Shown: positions 42,401 through 54,710, counted from the first letter of the stretch. The stretch: 54,871 bases of DNA from Aplysia californica (GCF_000002075.1 NW_004797825.1:137422-192292); one strand, 5' to 3'. The notes: generated by a model from the sequence alone, not told the origin. Numbers and translations are program-made.

Positions 42401-45400
42401 ATTTATACTGACTAGAGTGGCTTCAGTTTGAGGTAGGAATTGATTTTGAATTTTGCTCAGACAGTGGCCCAGAAGGTCTAATTTTTCCAATTTTAGTACC
42501 ACCAAGGGATCTTAAACATGCAAAACTTCAACACTGGACCTCCAAGATGTTTCATTCATATCTGCCAAGACTAGCTGTTTAATCTTATCTACCTCAGGTA
42601 TAGAAAACATGAGAGAATAAAAAAGTCAACACTGGTGAGGATTGAACTCCAGATCTCCAGATTGACAGGTGAGCACCATACCTGTTGAGCTACTGAACTA
42701 AGCAGCCGTGGGTCAATTATGCAGGACAAGTTACAAAATAAGAAAAAATAAACAAATAGTCAAAATAAGGGAGAACCAAAGATATGACTGTTGGTTGATT
42801 TGCATAATCCCTAAAAACCTCTTCAGACTTTTGTGGAAAGAGAACTGTGGCTGGGATAAAAACACAGATGGGCGGTAATTTGTATAACAAACAAATTCTG
42901 GATCACAATAGAAAAGGTGTTAATGGATTTGGAGGAGGGGGTAGGGGAATAAGCTTCATAGATGATGATAACCCTCTTCCTTTTTAGTACTCACATTCCA
43001 ATGCCAAGACCCAGCTCCTTGATTTTGGCTTCCACCAATGACTCCAGTTTTGGCACAGTTTGCAAAGTGTACTCCAAAATGAATGCTTCCAGAATGAAAG
43101 CTATGAAGATGCTGAAAGTAAAAAAGCAAGACAAATTTGTGGCAAATTCCCATTACATTTATAAAATTAAGATAATTTCTAATTTATTATAACATACTGT
43201 GGTTAAAGAAAAAAACAGCAAAAGCCACAAAATAATTTGTAGAAAAATTTGTAAATATCTCCATGATAAAGTTAATTTAAAAAATCCTATTTCCTAAAAG
43301 AGAGTCATAAAATGAAGATACAATGATTCACAAAAACTTTTGACTTAGGACAATCCATCCCCCCCCCAACCCCACCCCTCCACCCATTTATTTAAAGTGG
43401 GATGAAGGGATATGTTGTGTGTTTCATGCCCCTTTCATTACAGTGTGGTTCTCTAAGACTCTTAGTAAGAGATTGGAAATGTGACTTAATCTTTTCTTGT
43501 AAAAACATTTTAACGACAACAAATATAAGAGGCTATGTGTGGTCAACCCTTCTATACAGTGGTGAATGCCAGATAATTACCACAGACAGATAAGATAAAC
43601 TGAAAGCAACAACAATGCGGCTTCTCAATAGACTGTTAAAAATTTCATGAAAAGAAAAGGTTTCAAATGAGACACTTCTAAAAGAAGTATGAGTGAGCCG
43701 CTCACTAATTAAACACAATTACAAATAGATCAATTCAATTTCTGGGACACTTGAATCAACATTAAGGTCTTGTGATCTCACTGGAAAAAATAGAAGGCAA
43801 AAGTGGCAGAGGTTAACTAAGAACAACTTACTTAGTGAACTTGAGCAGACGGGTGACACGGAAAGACCAGAATAATATATATAGGTTTTCAATGAGCATC
43901 CAATAAATGAGTGGTGAACCATGATTGCTGATGTTTATTTCAGATCTAGCACTCGATGATGATGATGATAGGACCAAGCCAAGTGAATAAGGAGATTTAA
44001 AAAACTCCCCAAACAACATAAGTTCAAATATAATTATAAAATGACACTTCTTGGTATGGGTGGTCAGCACCACAGTCCTGTATTACTTCATTGAGCTGAT
44101 GTTACACCCAAAGCAGTTTGATGTTAAATATTTCATGGGAAACTGCACAAAGCTTTTTAGTTGAGCTTAGTGCCACAATATGAACTAATTTGTAAATATT
44201 ACTGATAAGAGAAGAATGTTTAATCTCCCCATCACAGGAAAACTTACTTTAAAACTACAACGACGCAGCATAAATGAAATGCGAAGAAGTAAAGTCTGGC
44301 CACTTTACTCGTGACAAGGACGAATCCTGAAGTAATGATTGCAGAATGTTAAGGAAAACACAAGCGATTAGTAATAGATGCTTTGTCTTACCCACTTCAT
44401 AGAATGGTTCCTTTAAAACAACGAACATCATATTTGAGTCTTGCAACTCAATTAATACTTTTCTTCTCTTTACATTGAATCTTCACATCAACATAATGTT
44501 TTCATAAGCACTGTGATGATGGTAATTAAAGCAGGAAGTGAATGCATTATGTATGAAAAGTATTAGACAGAAATGGGACTGCCGAAGATTGAGTACGGGC
44601 TGAGGACTGGCATAATTTTTTTTTAAAGGCAGAATAAAAGACGAGGATAAAAGAAGGACAGTAAATAAGAAAACTGTGCTGAATGACCAATCAGTTCATG
44701 TAGAATAAAAACTTTTATTTCATCAATCTGTCAAGCAAATGAATAAACAAATCAAGATGTGTACAGAGCTCTTGGAAATCCTACCAATGTATTCTCTTGA
44801 CCCAATAGATCGACTGAGAGATTGAGAGATGGAAAGAAAGAGAAGGAAATTCTATTAATGTATTCTACTGACCTTATANNNNNNNNNNNNNNNNNNNNNN
44901 NNNNNNNNNNNNNNNNNNNNNNNNNNNNNNNNNNNNNNNNNNNNNNNNNNNNNNNNNNNNNNNNNNNNNNNNNNNNNNNNNNNNNNNNNNNNNNNNNNNN
45001 NNNNNNNNNNNNNNNNNNNNNNNNNNNNNNNNNNNNNNNNNNNNNNNNNNNNNNNNNNNNNNNNNNNNNNNNNNNNNNNNNNNNNNNNNNNNNNNNNNNN
45101 NNNNNNNNNNNNNNNNNNNNNNNNNNNNNNNNNNNNNNNNNNNNNNNNNNNNNNNNNNNNNNNNNNNNNNNNNNNNNNNNNNNNNNNNNNNNNNNNNNNN
45201 NNNNNNNNNNNNNNNNNNNNNNNNNNNNNNNNNNNNNNNNNNNNNNNNNNGAAATTAAAGAGAAACTCCTCAACACAATAATGATCACTTATTGAGCTGG
45301 GAAAACAGAAATATAATATAAAGAGAATGAATAAATGTAAACCGAGCAGGGCTAAGCACTTTCAGTAAAGGATATCATGCCACTGATTGACAACGGACAA

Positions 45401-48400
45401 CTCAAACATGACAACCATTGACTGAACGATGTCATTGAAGTTGTTGTTGCAGTAGTGAGCCTTGTAGAACAGTGAATTGTTCAGTTTGACATTGCCACAG
45501 AACAGCATCTTGTTTGTTCCATGACTCCCAATGTATTGCTCATCATATCCATAGTAGTGAATGTAGCCACTGAAGAGTTCCATGCCGATGATAGCAAAGA
45601 AGTAGTAGAAGACCTGGAGAGTTTCAGCAGATGATTATTCCTATGATTCCATCTGTCTAATAGCATTAATATTAATAATTGCACCCTGTTTTTAGCTTTT
45701 AATGAACAGAAAGAACATATTTTTACAATTTATTAAGATTTTATGGCACTTGCAACACAATAAGGTTATATAAGTACTGAAGATTAGAGATGTAACACAG
45801 AGAAACAAACACATGAAATGAAGAAGGAGAAATAGGACGATAGATGTTTGATAGGAAAGAAGGAGCAAACCACACCAGAGACCCAAAAAGAATGTACATA
45901 TATTGGAACATTAAGAGGGAACACCATAGGACAACTGACATCTTAAATTGTCATGTCTTAGGGAACAAATTTATGGGTGGACATTTGCCCATTTTTTCCC
46001 TTCTTGTAAGAGAGATGGAACTGAAAATAAAATGATCCCTTCATTTAAGACATGATTGAAGGAAAAAAAACCATAGTAATTTTGTGTAGGTTTTCCAAAC
46101 ACAGCAGTACTTACAAAAATGACTCCTCCGTAAGTGACAATGGATGGTCCAATGTTGACCAGAGTCTGTAGGATGACTTTGAATCTAAGAGGATAAAAAT
46201 AGACAGTTCAGCTCTTTTCATCAAACAAGATTATACTTTTTGGACACTGTTAAAAAATGTACCGCACAGCAAACATTATCAAGGTTTTCATATTAGAGAG
46301 TTTGAGGTTTCATTTAAAAAAGTTAAATTGACAAAAGAGAGCAGACAGTGAGGCATAGTTTATTCATTAACCCTCATCTTGTAGCTACTTTTCTGCATAC
46401 ATAGCACATATTGCATTGTTAAGGGTCTAAATTTAGGAGTATTTCATCAGGAACTCAAGTGAATTGCCAAGAAGGGAAATCAAATTAATCTATTGTAGTG
46501 GTTAATATACAATTTGAATCAGTAATACACTCAAATATCTGTTTCTATCTTTTGCAACCTAATCCTTTTAAACATATTTAGGGTTCTCAAGTGAGGCATT
46601 AGCTTAATACCAGAGCTTTGAAGAACAATTGAACTGGGAAAAAAATGCAGCAAAACAAAGAGCAATAATAACTTTAAAAATTACCTTTTAATGCTACCAA
46701 AGATTTTGACAAGTCTCATCACCCTGAGCACAAGCAGGACATCCAGAGTGCTGATCTCTTCATTTGCTGTGAACAAAAAAAACATTTTAACGTACGTGTT
46801 TTCACGCCCCCATCTACACAATTTAGATCATTAAAGAGGTCAGCCTCTGACTCTGTCTGTCAGGGCCAACCCAGGCTGAGAGGAATACAACATCCCAAAG
46901 GAAAGACTAAGATACTCAAAAAAATTCTCCCCAAAAGGGAATCAAACTTGGATCCCCTGAGTGTCACAGCACAGAACCTGACTGTTACAGGACATTAGCT
47001 GGCCATTTACTGTTAAAGAAAAGAGAAATAAGTAAAATGTATTAGTTACATACTTTAAATATGACATATTAAAAGAAAATAGTGTTCCCGTCTTTGTAAG
47101 AATCGACTGTATAAAATCTATTCTCATATCTTGTTCTTTTGTTCTAAAGAAGTGAGTTTTACTGTATATGACACTTAAGTCCACAGCTAATTGTTTAGAG
47201 CTGAACTTACCTGAGAAAAGAAGAAAATCTAAGAAACAAAGAGAATACCTCTCATCATTCATACCTTTTTCTGTGGCTTTTTCAATGATAGATGCCATAA
47301 GAGCAGATCCAATGACGAGGAAGTCAAATCTGAAAAGTCAAAATTTGGTATTCTTTATATATCTCAGTTCGTGGATGAGGCCATTAATATAACTCGCGGC
47401 AATAAATCAGGTACACGCAAGTAACGATAACACAATTACAAAGACTACTTACATGCAGGAAAATTCAACAGATAACCAGGAAACTTAAGGCATAACAAAG
47501 GAAAGACTTTCAGAGAGAATGCATCAACCATTTTTGGACATTCCTTTCATCAGCTTATAGCAGTTTTGGACTCTGTGATGTTTGGTTGATAAAAAGTTCA
47601 ACCTAATAATTCAAAAACTGTAACTAAAATATTTTTTTTAATGAGCATATAGAGAGCGCCTATTTATTAGAGAAAAAAATTCACTGAGTAGAAACGTGTA
47701 CTGTAATAATTTCTAAGAAGAATTATTGACTCACATGTTCCAAAATCGTAAGAAGAATTCTTTAGCGCCAAACACATACAGCTTGCAGAGGATCTCCACA
47801 GTAAAAATTGAGAGGAAAAACCAGTCGGCAACATCCAAATCAATGGCAATAAAAACCGCGTTAATGACAATCAGGAAGTCAAACAAGTATCGGAATGCTC
47901 TGTGAAGAGAAGAATAAGTGTACATGTTACTTTTATATATCTTTACATGCTAAAAGGACATAGATGAAAAGAAATTAAAACTAATCAGATAAAAAGGAAA
48001 TGCAATGAAAGCATTAAAACCAGATTGATAGACAAAGAGACAGGGAAGGAAGAAAGAGTAAAAGCTGAGTTGAAAACTGAAATGTGAAAGAGAATGTGAT
48101 GAAAATGCACTATGCTTTTGCTGTTTTGGAGAGATATTTATTCCTACTCAAAGTTTTGCCAATGGGAAGACAATCTATACAGGTTATATAAAACAACATG
48201 ACCTACTCTCATTTGTAAAGGACATGCTTCACAGGTTTAGTAAAGAATTCGATGGTATTTAAAAACAGCTGCTCAAGACCGCTGATAAAAAAGGCTTAAA
48301 AATGATTACTCATCACTTATATACCAAATACCTTCCATTTAACTTCATGAAACAAGAACACTCAAATAGATACATAAGTAATTTACATATAAATACACTC

Positions 48401-51400
48401 ACATGTGTTAACACCCCCCCCCTCCCCCCCCCCCACCTGCCCCAATCTTATCACATCTCTCTCAGCCTTCTTTTTTTACGAAAATACTCAAACATACCAC
48501 ACTCCTCGCTCCCCTCTTCCCTGTCTCTTCTTCCCTCAGGAAAGCATACATATGCGCTGCTCCTTCTCTCTCTCTCTCTCTCCCTCTCTCTCTCTCTCTC
48601 TCACTCTCTCTCTCTCTCTCTCTCTCCCTCCCTCCCTCCCTCCCTCCCTCAGTCCTTCCCTCCATTCCTCCGTTCCTTACTTGTGTCTGACGAATCGCTT
48701 GAAAAGCTCACTGTAGCGATGGTTATACACATCGGGGAAATACTTCTCAAACAAAGTCTGTCTGTCCTTCACCTCGGACAAAGGCAGATGTAGCAGGTCT
48801 GACAAATGAAGAAAGTCTTTCTTGTCTGTTGAAAAATTAAAATTCATTTTGGACATGAGTCATTTCAGAGCATGTGCAATTAATCTCATTTACAATCTTT
48901 TAAATACCAAAAAAAAAAGAGATCACATTATAAATTATTGTGATATCTGTGATCGTTTGCACAGCACTTTACATTGAGCATGAATTTACAGAACACGAAA
49001 GGATATGCAGGATAACTGATTTCCTGCTTGCGACTAGACTCACTGAAAACCAGAATATAAGCAGGTTTACATTGAGTTGAAAGAAAAAATAAAGTGATAT
49101 AGAGAAAAAAAGAAGAGGTCCTGTATTCCAGTAAACACAAAATATTTGAGACGAAACAGCTTATTTTGTAATTATATTGATGTATCAGTATTGACTTGAT
49201 TGTCAGATGAAAAGTTTTATCAATGTTCAATCATTTTATTTTATTTCCGTCAGCCCATGGAGTCATTTGGAGTTCTCATACCTTTCAGACTGCTTTCATT
49301 TACTCAAAGCTTTCAAATCTTTGAAAAAAAAATTCACGCTGAAACATTGAGAAATCTTTTTTTGTCCACAATATTATATGCTTCTTTTTTTTAGTTCCTT
49401 TTCAAACTGTGTGTGAATACAGTGGAACTTGCACAACACTGTACAGCAAGGAGCAAAATTCACTGCAAACTGACGAATTAGACACTCATTTCATTATTCA
49501 CTTTAGTGTCATAGTTGACTACATGAATGGCTTCTTTCTTCAGACAAATAACTGAAAGTGTCAGACAGTCTTACAGTCTTACCAAGAACGTTTTTGTTTC
49601 CTGTGTCCAAAATTTTCATCAGAAGATCAGTGTGAGCGGCAGATTTATTAGGCAGTAATAGACCCATGAGTTGCTTCCATCGGGAATGTGTGATCACATG
49701 TTCATCATGTCTTGATACTTTCAAGATGTCAAAAGCCTTTGCAAGTTGCTTTCGCTTTGTGAATACAGCTGCTCTGATTTCATTCTGAAGAAAGAATTTA
49801 ATGAAGATCATTTTATCTATTACATATGTAACAGGACAAAAGAAGTAATTGATTATACATCATGGGAGAGAATAATTGAGGCTCTCGGATTCAGGTTCCA
49901 GGCAATCAGTAAATGATCTGAACGTTCCAAGAAAAAAATGAGGAAAGCAGAAAAAAACACCAAACATTTCTATTCTCTTTCCTTATATACACAAACTGTT
50001 GTTGAAGTTTAGTTTTATTTCTCAAACAAAGGTTTCCTTGCATCAATTTTTACTCCTCCACTTCATATAAGAGATAAACTTTTCCTAAAAATTGTATCCT
50101 TCGAATAATTATGTAGGCGAGGCCACTCGTGTTATTAAGGATGTTTAGTTTCACATCTCAAAAAAGATTACTATATATCTTATAGTGTACAAACTTAGCT
50201 GGCACAAAAAAACCCAACACTTTTAATCTTAAGTTCTGTGACAGAGCATAAGTCTTTGCATTGTGTGCGGAGTTAATATTACACAAGAAATAAAACGATA
50301 TGTTGATAACAATATAGTCATCATTATATTCATTTTTAAAACTGTAGAAAAGAGACAAATTCAGACACTTCTTGCATCTCCTGTAAAATAAACATTCTGG
50401 GGGTAGGTCACTTTGTCACTGCTGCTACTGATACATGAAGACAGCTTGTGACAAGAGTTCCACACAAGAGTAACATGAACAGTTGGGTTTGTTTTTTTTT
50501 TTTTTTGGGGGGGGGGGGGGCAGAGTCAATACTAGTACTGTTCAATCACAGCAAAATTTGTGTTTACAACAGTAACATCAGAAATATATATAGGGCATGT
50601 GAGATTCTTTATAAACACAAGCTCTTAATAGTCGACAACCAAATCGTAATAACTTACCTTGAGATTTTTCTTGTAATTATTGTAGATTGTGGCAAGGACA
50701 ATACTCATGAAAATGTACAAGCATAAGATCAAATATATCAAAAAGAAGATGAAGAACCATTTGCTGTAGTCATAGGCTGGCATCCTGGGAATACAAAAAA
50801 AAAAAAGAGTCAGTCGCTATATTAAGAGTTGAAAAGAACAAACAAATCCAACATCAAATTATTTTTGTATCTGTCAACTCTCAAAATTTAAATTTTCAAA
50901 TTAAACATGTATAATAAATTGAAACAGCTTTTAGATTACATCTAGATTAACTATCATTCCCCATTTGTTAACTTGCCAATAATCTCCACCTCCTCCTCCA
51001 CTGCGCACAAAGAGTGAATCTACATAACAACAAAGGTCAATTTTGATATGTTGAACACGTTTTGTGAGTTATAAAATAACCAAAGCTTCTATGCTTTAAT
51101 CGTTGAAATTGGCAAAGAAAGAATCTATCCCTAAAATAATGATTGAGCACACATAAAATATACCACTTGAAAACCCCCCCCAACAAAACAAAACAAAAAA
51201 ACCGCAACCCATAAACAGAGATTACTTACATGACATCTGGGTTGTTGGCAGTGGTCACTAAGACGTACAAGTCCCAGATGCTATCAAAGTAGTTGCTAAA
51301 ATAAGGAATTCCCGTTGGGTACTTCAGGCCTCTGTGAAGCATAACACAAAATGAAAATTAATAGGCTTCATCTTTGGCAATTTGTTCACAATATGACACA

Positions 51401-54400
51401 GAAGAAACTAGCTTCTTTCATTACTAAGTGGATTTTGATGTGATATTACTATAGTTGCAAGTTATTATGAATTTTCCAAAAGAATATTAAAATTGGAAGA
51501 AATCTCTTGCAAATAAAGTAAAAAGCCACAGAATCTTGACTACGAACAAGGCACTTCTATGAAGCAAAAATAATAATTCTACCTTTTTGCAAACAACTTC
51601 AGGGCCAGCAATCCAAACAGAAGTACACTCATCAGGAACAAAAACAGGACATTCATGATATCAGGAACAGTGCGTCGAATGTTGCGGAATGCTCTGCGAA
51701 TCTGCAGAAAAAAATTAAGGAAACTTTACACGGGTACTACGTAATGTTAGCTCAGTAGTTTGATCTATCTACTTGGCTCTACTTCCTCTGCGATAATAAT
51801 ATGTGAGTAGAATAAATTGATGGCAGATCAGTGGAGAAAAAGATCATCATTAACGCTGATGATCTATTCTCTGTTCTGACATGGTAGTTTGATATTTAAC
51901 GAAGTCAAGTGGTTAGGCCACCGAACTCATAATCCTGAGGTTGAGGGTTCTGGGGTTTAAGCCTCAAGCCCAACGTTGAGTCCTTGAGAAAGGCACTTTA
52001 CACAAATTTTCCTCACTGCACCCAGGTAGGAATAGGTACCCAGCCATAAACATCAAAAGATCTTGTCAGTATTTAGTATTTAAGAGCCATTAAAGAATGG
52101 CAGCTTGTACTGTATGCTTCCCACGAAGTTGAAATTGTTTCAGAATGCTATCAGGTCTGCTGGGGTAATAATATAGATTGTAAAGTGCATACAGCTTGCC
52201 GTTGGGAAGGGATTTGTGCTATACAAATGCTATCTATTATTATCATTATCTTTGCTTCATCTATTGAGTTCTCCTGATCATGCAAATTCCATCAAATATT
52301 AAACAACACAACTGTGGGGGGGGGGGGGATCCCACTGAGCTGTACCTGCAGCAACAAATACTGATAAAGATCTGAATCATTAAATCACTCCTCAAATTAT
52401 CCAAAACTAAATATTAAATGAAGCATGCTATGTGATAGCTGAGGTATAAAACTTTAAAGATAGGGTTGATAACTTTAAATCTTGTCCCTCATGTGCTTAC
52501 CACTGTTGGAGATGTTGTACCTGCCTCTTACTCCTCCTCATTATTATCATCCCCTCCTCCTCCCCTTCCTTCCAAAATCAGCAGAACATACCCTATCTTT
52601 GTGATAAAGGAAACAAACCTGCTTTCCATCTGGGAAATTGACAATGAAAAGAGGACGCAGTGGTCTCGACCATCTCACTGGATGAGTATCTGGCGACATA
52701 TTCTGCCATATGATGTAGCAGATCATATCTATGAGAGTCAGCTGAAAAAAAAGACTTTGATCAAATCTTCACCTTATTCATGTACATGTAGAGTTAAAAT
52801 CAGGACCAACAGCTGATCTTTGACTTGGGTGGCTAGAAGTTGTCACTGGAAGATCCTTCTTTTTCACTCCTTCTCCCCCCCCCCCCCAATTTAAAAATGT
52901 ACCTGATATTTTTAAAAGTGAGAGTAGCAAGTCATTGCAAGAAATATCAACCTTTTCACACACAAAAATAAATGAGCCCATCACCTCGTGTTATGTATCT
53001 GAAATACCTGATCCAGATATTGTTGAAATTTCAACTAACATCACTAAAAGCAGGCCGTCATCATTCCAGGGCCTTAGACTAGGAACCTTAGATCTTCCAT
53101 CCTGATGTGTCTGCTTAGATATTTGAATATTTGAGAATTTTCAGGCTAAACATTTACATTGAATTCACAAAAGTGTACCCCTAATACTTACCACAATTGA
53201 GACCATCACAATTATGTTCTTGGCATCCTTGAAGAAAACTCTTGAGTATTGAAAGAACATGGCATGAAGAATCCGAAAGGAGAAGTAGCACATGCACGCA
53301 AACTCCATTACCATGGTTCCCTGAATGATTTGAATAAACAAACATATTCTTAAAAAACGGTGCAGTTTTAATTAAACAATTGTAAACATAAATTTTTCAA
53401 GCCAGTGATATAGGTTTAAGGTGAAACTGAATTTCAGGCAAAAGATATCTATGACAAAATATGGCACGGGTTCATTGCCTTTTCAACTCTGTGTTCAATA
53501 TTATTTTCATCCGTGATAGGACCCACTCAGGTGGGTAGAGAATGCTAAAAATTCCTCATACAACTTAAGTTGAGAAAATAGCCCTTATGAGATTTGATCC
53601 TTAGTTACCAGCACAGAAATTCAAGATGAGTTTACATCATGTCACTGAATAAACAGATTTGTTTGTTGTGGGGAACAGATGGGGGGGTGGGGGGGGGGGG
53701 GGGGTGGGGGGGGGGTTAGTGGTGAACGTGTGTGTGTGACAATGTCCTTACTCATCTTTAGGTACTTTGAAGTGAGGTTAAAAAGTCAACAAAACAGAAA
53801 GCAATTTAACAACATTTACACACGTCCTGAAAGAAAAAAAACATCCTTTGATCCTCACTGTCAGGGTGCTGTAAACAATTTGCAAAAATAGAACAATTAT
53901 TATAGATCTATAATGTCATTTTGATCTACTGCCTAATATGACTTTTCTACTAAGGCCTACTTTACTTTTTACTTTTTGTCCTTATGTATCGCAAGATGTC
54001 AAGAAGAATGCAAATAGTAAAGATGTGGGCCAGATTGTAGCAAACTTTTTCAAACGGTCAACTTCTAATTTATACAATTTTCAATGTTAGTTACTTAGTG
54101 CCATGAATGAGACGAGTAAGGTGGCCGAAACATTTGCAAATGCACAAACAATATTCACCAGCTATAATTAAATAATAGAGGAAACAACAATGTTTGTTTG
54201 TTTGTTTGTTTGTTTGTTTGTTTGTTTCTGTGTTTGTTGGTTGGTTGGTTGGTTGGTTTGTTTGTGTGTTTGTTTGTTCGTTTGTTGGTTTGTTTGTTTG
54301 TGTGTTCAGGCAAAAAGAAGCACATTGACAGAAAGGCTATCATTCAGTGCAAGAAAGTAGTAAGACAAACAGAAACAAAACAGGTAAAGTAAAGTACAAG

Positions 54401-54710
54401 CTACTAAACTAACAACATTTTTCTTCTAAGAGAACACAATAACAATCACAATCAGAGTAACAATACTGTTACGTTTTTCCCTCTAGCGCTGCCAAGAGCT
54501 AAATGATCGCAGCTAAAGGAATTTGAAAACAACAACAACGTTTTTCCCTTGGATATCAACACTTTTATGTTTAACACCAGGAAACATACCCAATACGGAA
54601 TAGACGCATTTGGCACCGCAGGCTCTTCAAATATAGCCAGGGTGAGGTCTAGAGCAATGAAAACATACAGTATCCAGCGTAAGAATGGCTCGTTGTAGAA
54701 TATGTAGGAT
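39328..54710 (-). CDS. TPCN3: Two-pore channel, TPC3-like (2 x 6TM endolysosomal cation channel), 17 coding exons, 5' end outside window
   Basis: Exons 54590-54710, 53192-53320, 52619-52741, 51583-51701, 51230-51331, 50658-50784, 49583-49784, 48681-48825, 47735-47899, 47265-47329, 46685-46766, 46115-46184, 45376-45613, 44248-44338, 42995-43111, 40267-40460 and 39328-39464 join in frame (2227 nt). Motifs: IS4 VRWSRPLRPLF, filter I TTANNPDVMMPAY, IIS4 LRVMRLVKIF, luminal loop CGN..L.NS.FY..HYCNNNFND, filter II VVNQWH, IIS6 NIFIAFILEAF and C-terminal LLQHMFQGEI. VVNQW and the tail favour TPC3 over TPC1/TPC2. Confidence 0.9.
40267..40460 (-). CDS. TPCN3: TPC3 exon (acidic C-terminal tail ...GLKFHLKKK)
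   Basis: Overlaps ORF 40166..40393; cag acceptor, gtaaa donor. Confidence 0.88.
40837..41638. mobile_element. Tigger/pogo-like non-autonomous DNA transposon, second family
   Basis: TA|CAGTCCATGCCGGCTTTAAG ... CTTATAGCCGGCACGGGTTG|TA with cgtgctt repeats. Confidence 0.82.
42424..42700 (-). mobile_element. Old tRNA-derived Meta/MESC-like SINE related to 33320-33821
   Basis: Minus strand has A/B-box-like head (agttcaatcc), core gaggtccagtg...catgtttaagatccc and ttcctacc block. Confidence 0.65.
42995..43111 (-). CDS. TPCN3: TPC3 exon (IFIAFILEAFILEY...KIKELGLGIG)
   Basis: cag acceptor, gtgag donor. Confidence 0.92.
44248..44338 (-). CDS. TPCN3: TPC3 exon (VITSGFVLVTSKVARLYFFAFHLCCVVVVL, IIS6)
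   Basis: U12 acceptor, gtaag donor. Confidence 0.9.
44339..45375 (-). other. U12-type (minor spliceosome) intron with AT-AA termini
   Basis: 5' splice site ATATCCTTT at 45375-45367; branch point TTTCCTTAAC at 44357-44348; the in-frame junction matching WHVITSGF ends in ...ctgcAA. Confidence 0.85.
44879..45250. other. Assembly gap
   Basis: N run. Confidence 1.
45376..45613 (-). CDS. TPCN3: TPC3 exon (IIS5 and pore II: ...FELSVVNQWH), followed by a U12 5' splice site
   Basis: Within ORF 45362..45583; ends G|ATATCCTTT. Confidence 0.92.
45720..45880 (+). repeat. Dispersed repeat, copy 3 of 3
   Basis: Homologous to 27125-27295 and 29870-30050. Confidence 0.7.
46115..46184 (-). CDS. TPCN3: TPC3 exon (FKVILQTLVNIGPSIVTYGGVIF)
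   Basis: tag acceptor, gtaag donor. Confidence 0.92.
46685..46766 (-). CDS. TPCN3: TPC3 exon (IIS4: NEEISTLDVLLVLRVMRLVKIFGSIK)
   Basis: cag acceptor, gtaat donor. Confidence 0.92.
47265..47329 (-). CDS. TPCN3: TPC3 exon (IIS3: FDFLVIGSALMASIIEKATEK); alternative in-frame donor at 47211
   Basis: cag acceptor; donors G|gtatga (47265) and CAG|gtaagt (47211). Confidence 0.85.
47735..47899 (-). CDS. TPCN3: TPC3 exon (IIS1-IIS2: AFRYLFDFLIVINAVF...FWN)
   Basis: Within ORF 47731..47925. Confidence 0.92.
48565..48650. repeat. (CT)n/(CCCT)n microsatellite
   Basis: Seen directly. Confidence 0.95.
48681..48825 (-). CDS. TPCN3: TPC3 exon (KKDFLHLSDLLHLPL...FVRH)
   Basis: cag acceptor, gtaag donor. 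Confidence 0.9.
49583..49784 (-). CDS. TPCN3: TPC3 exon (EF-hand-like interdomain linker)
   Basis: Within ORF 49509..49811. Confidence 0.92.
50658..50784 (-). CDS. TPCN3: TPC3 exon (IS6: MPAYDYSKWFFIFF...IYNNYKKNLK)
   Basis: cag acceptor, gtaag donor. Confidence 0.93.
51230..51331 (-). CDS. TPCN3: TPC3 exon (pore I: YFSNYFDSIWDLYVLVTTANNPDV)
   Basis: cag acceptor, gtaag donor. Confidence 0.93.
51583..51701 (-). CDS. TPCN3: TPC3 exon (IRRAFRNIRRTVPDIMNV..., IS5)
   Basis: cag acceptor, gtaga donor. Confidence 0.92.
51903..52250 (+). mobile_element. tRNA-derived CORE-type SINE with L2-like 3' tail
   Basis: Head agtggttagg...gagggttc, core gtccttgagaaaggcactt...cctcactgcacccaggt...ggtacc, tail tgtaaagtgc...gctatacaaatgctatctattatt. 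Confidence 0.82.
52619..52741 (-). CDS. TPCN3: TPC3 exon (IS3-IS4: LTLIDMICY...VRWSRPLRPLFIVNFPDGKQ)
   Basis: cag acceptor, gtttg donor. Confidence 0.92.
53192..53320 (-). CDS. TPCN3: TPC3 exon (IS2-IS3: GTMVMEFACMCYFSFRILH...KDAKNIIVMVSIV)
   Basis: cag acceptor, gtaag donor. Confidence 0.9.
54192..54302. repeat. (GTTT)n/(GGTT)n microsatellite
   Basis: Seen directly. Confidence 0.95.
54590..54710 (-). CDS. TPCN3: TPC3 exon (IS1: SYIFYNEPFLRWILYVFIALDLTLAIFEEPAVPNASIPYW)
   Basis: Within ORF 54452..54724; cag acceptor, gtatg donor. Confidence 0.9.

Noticed and set aside
48302-48793. 163-aa plus-strand ORF and other LS-, ER- or VC-rich ORFs (for example 54198..54392 and 1916..2137)
   Set aside because: Produced by microsatellites and antisense to real genes; no domain signal.
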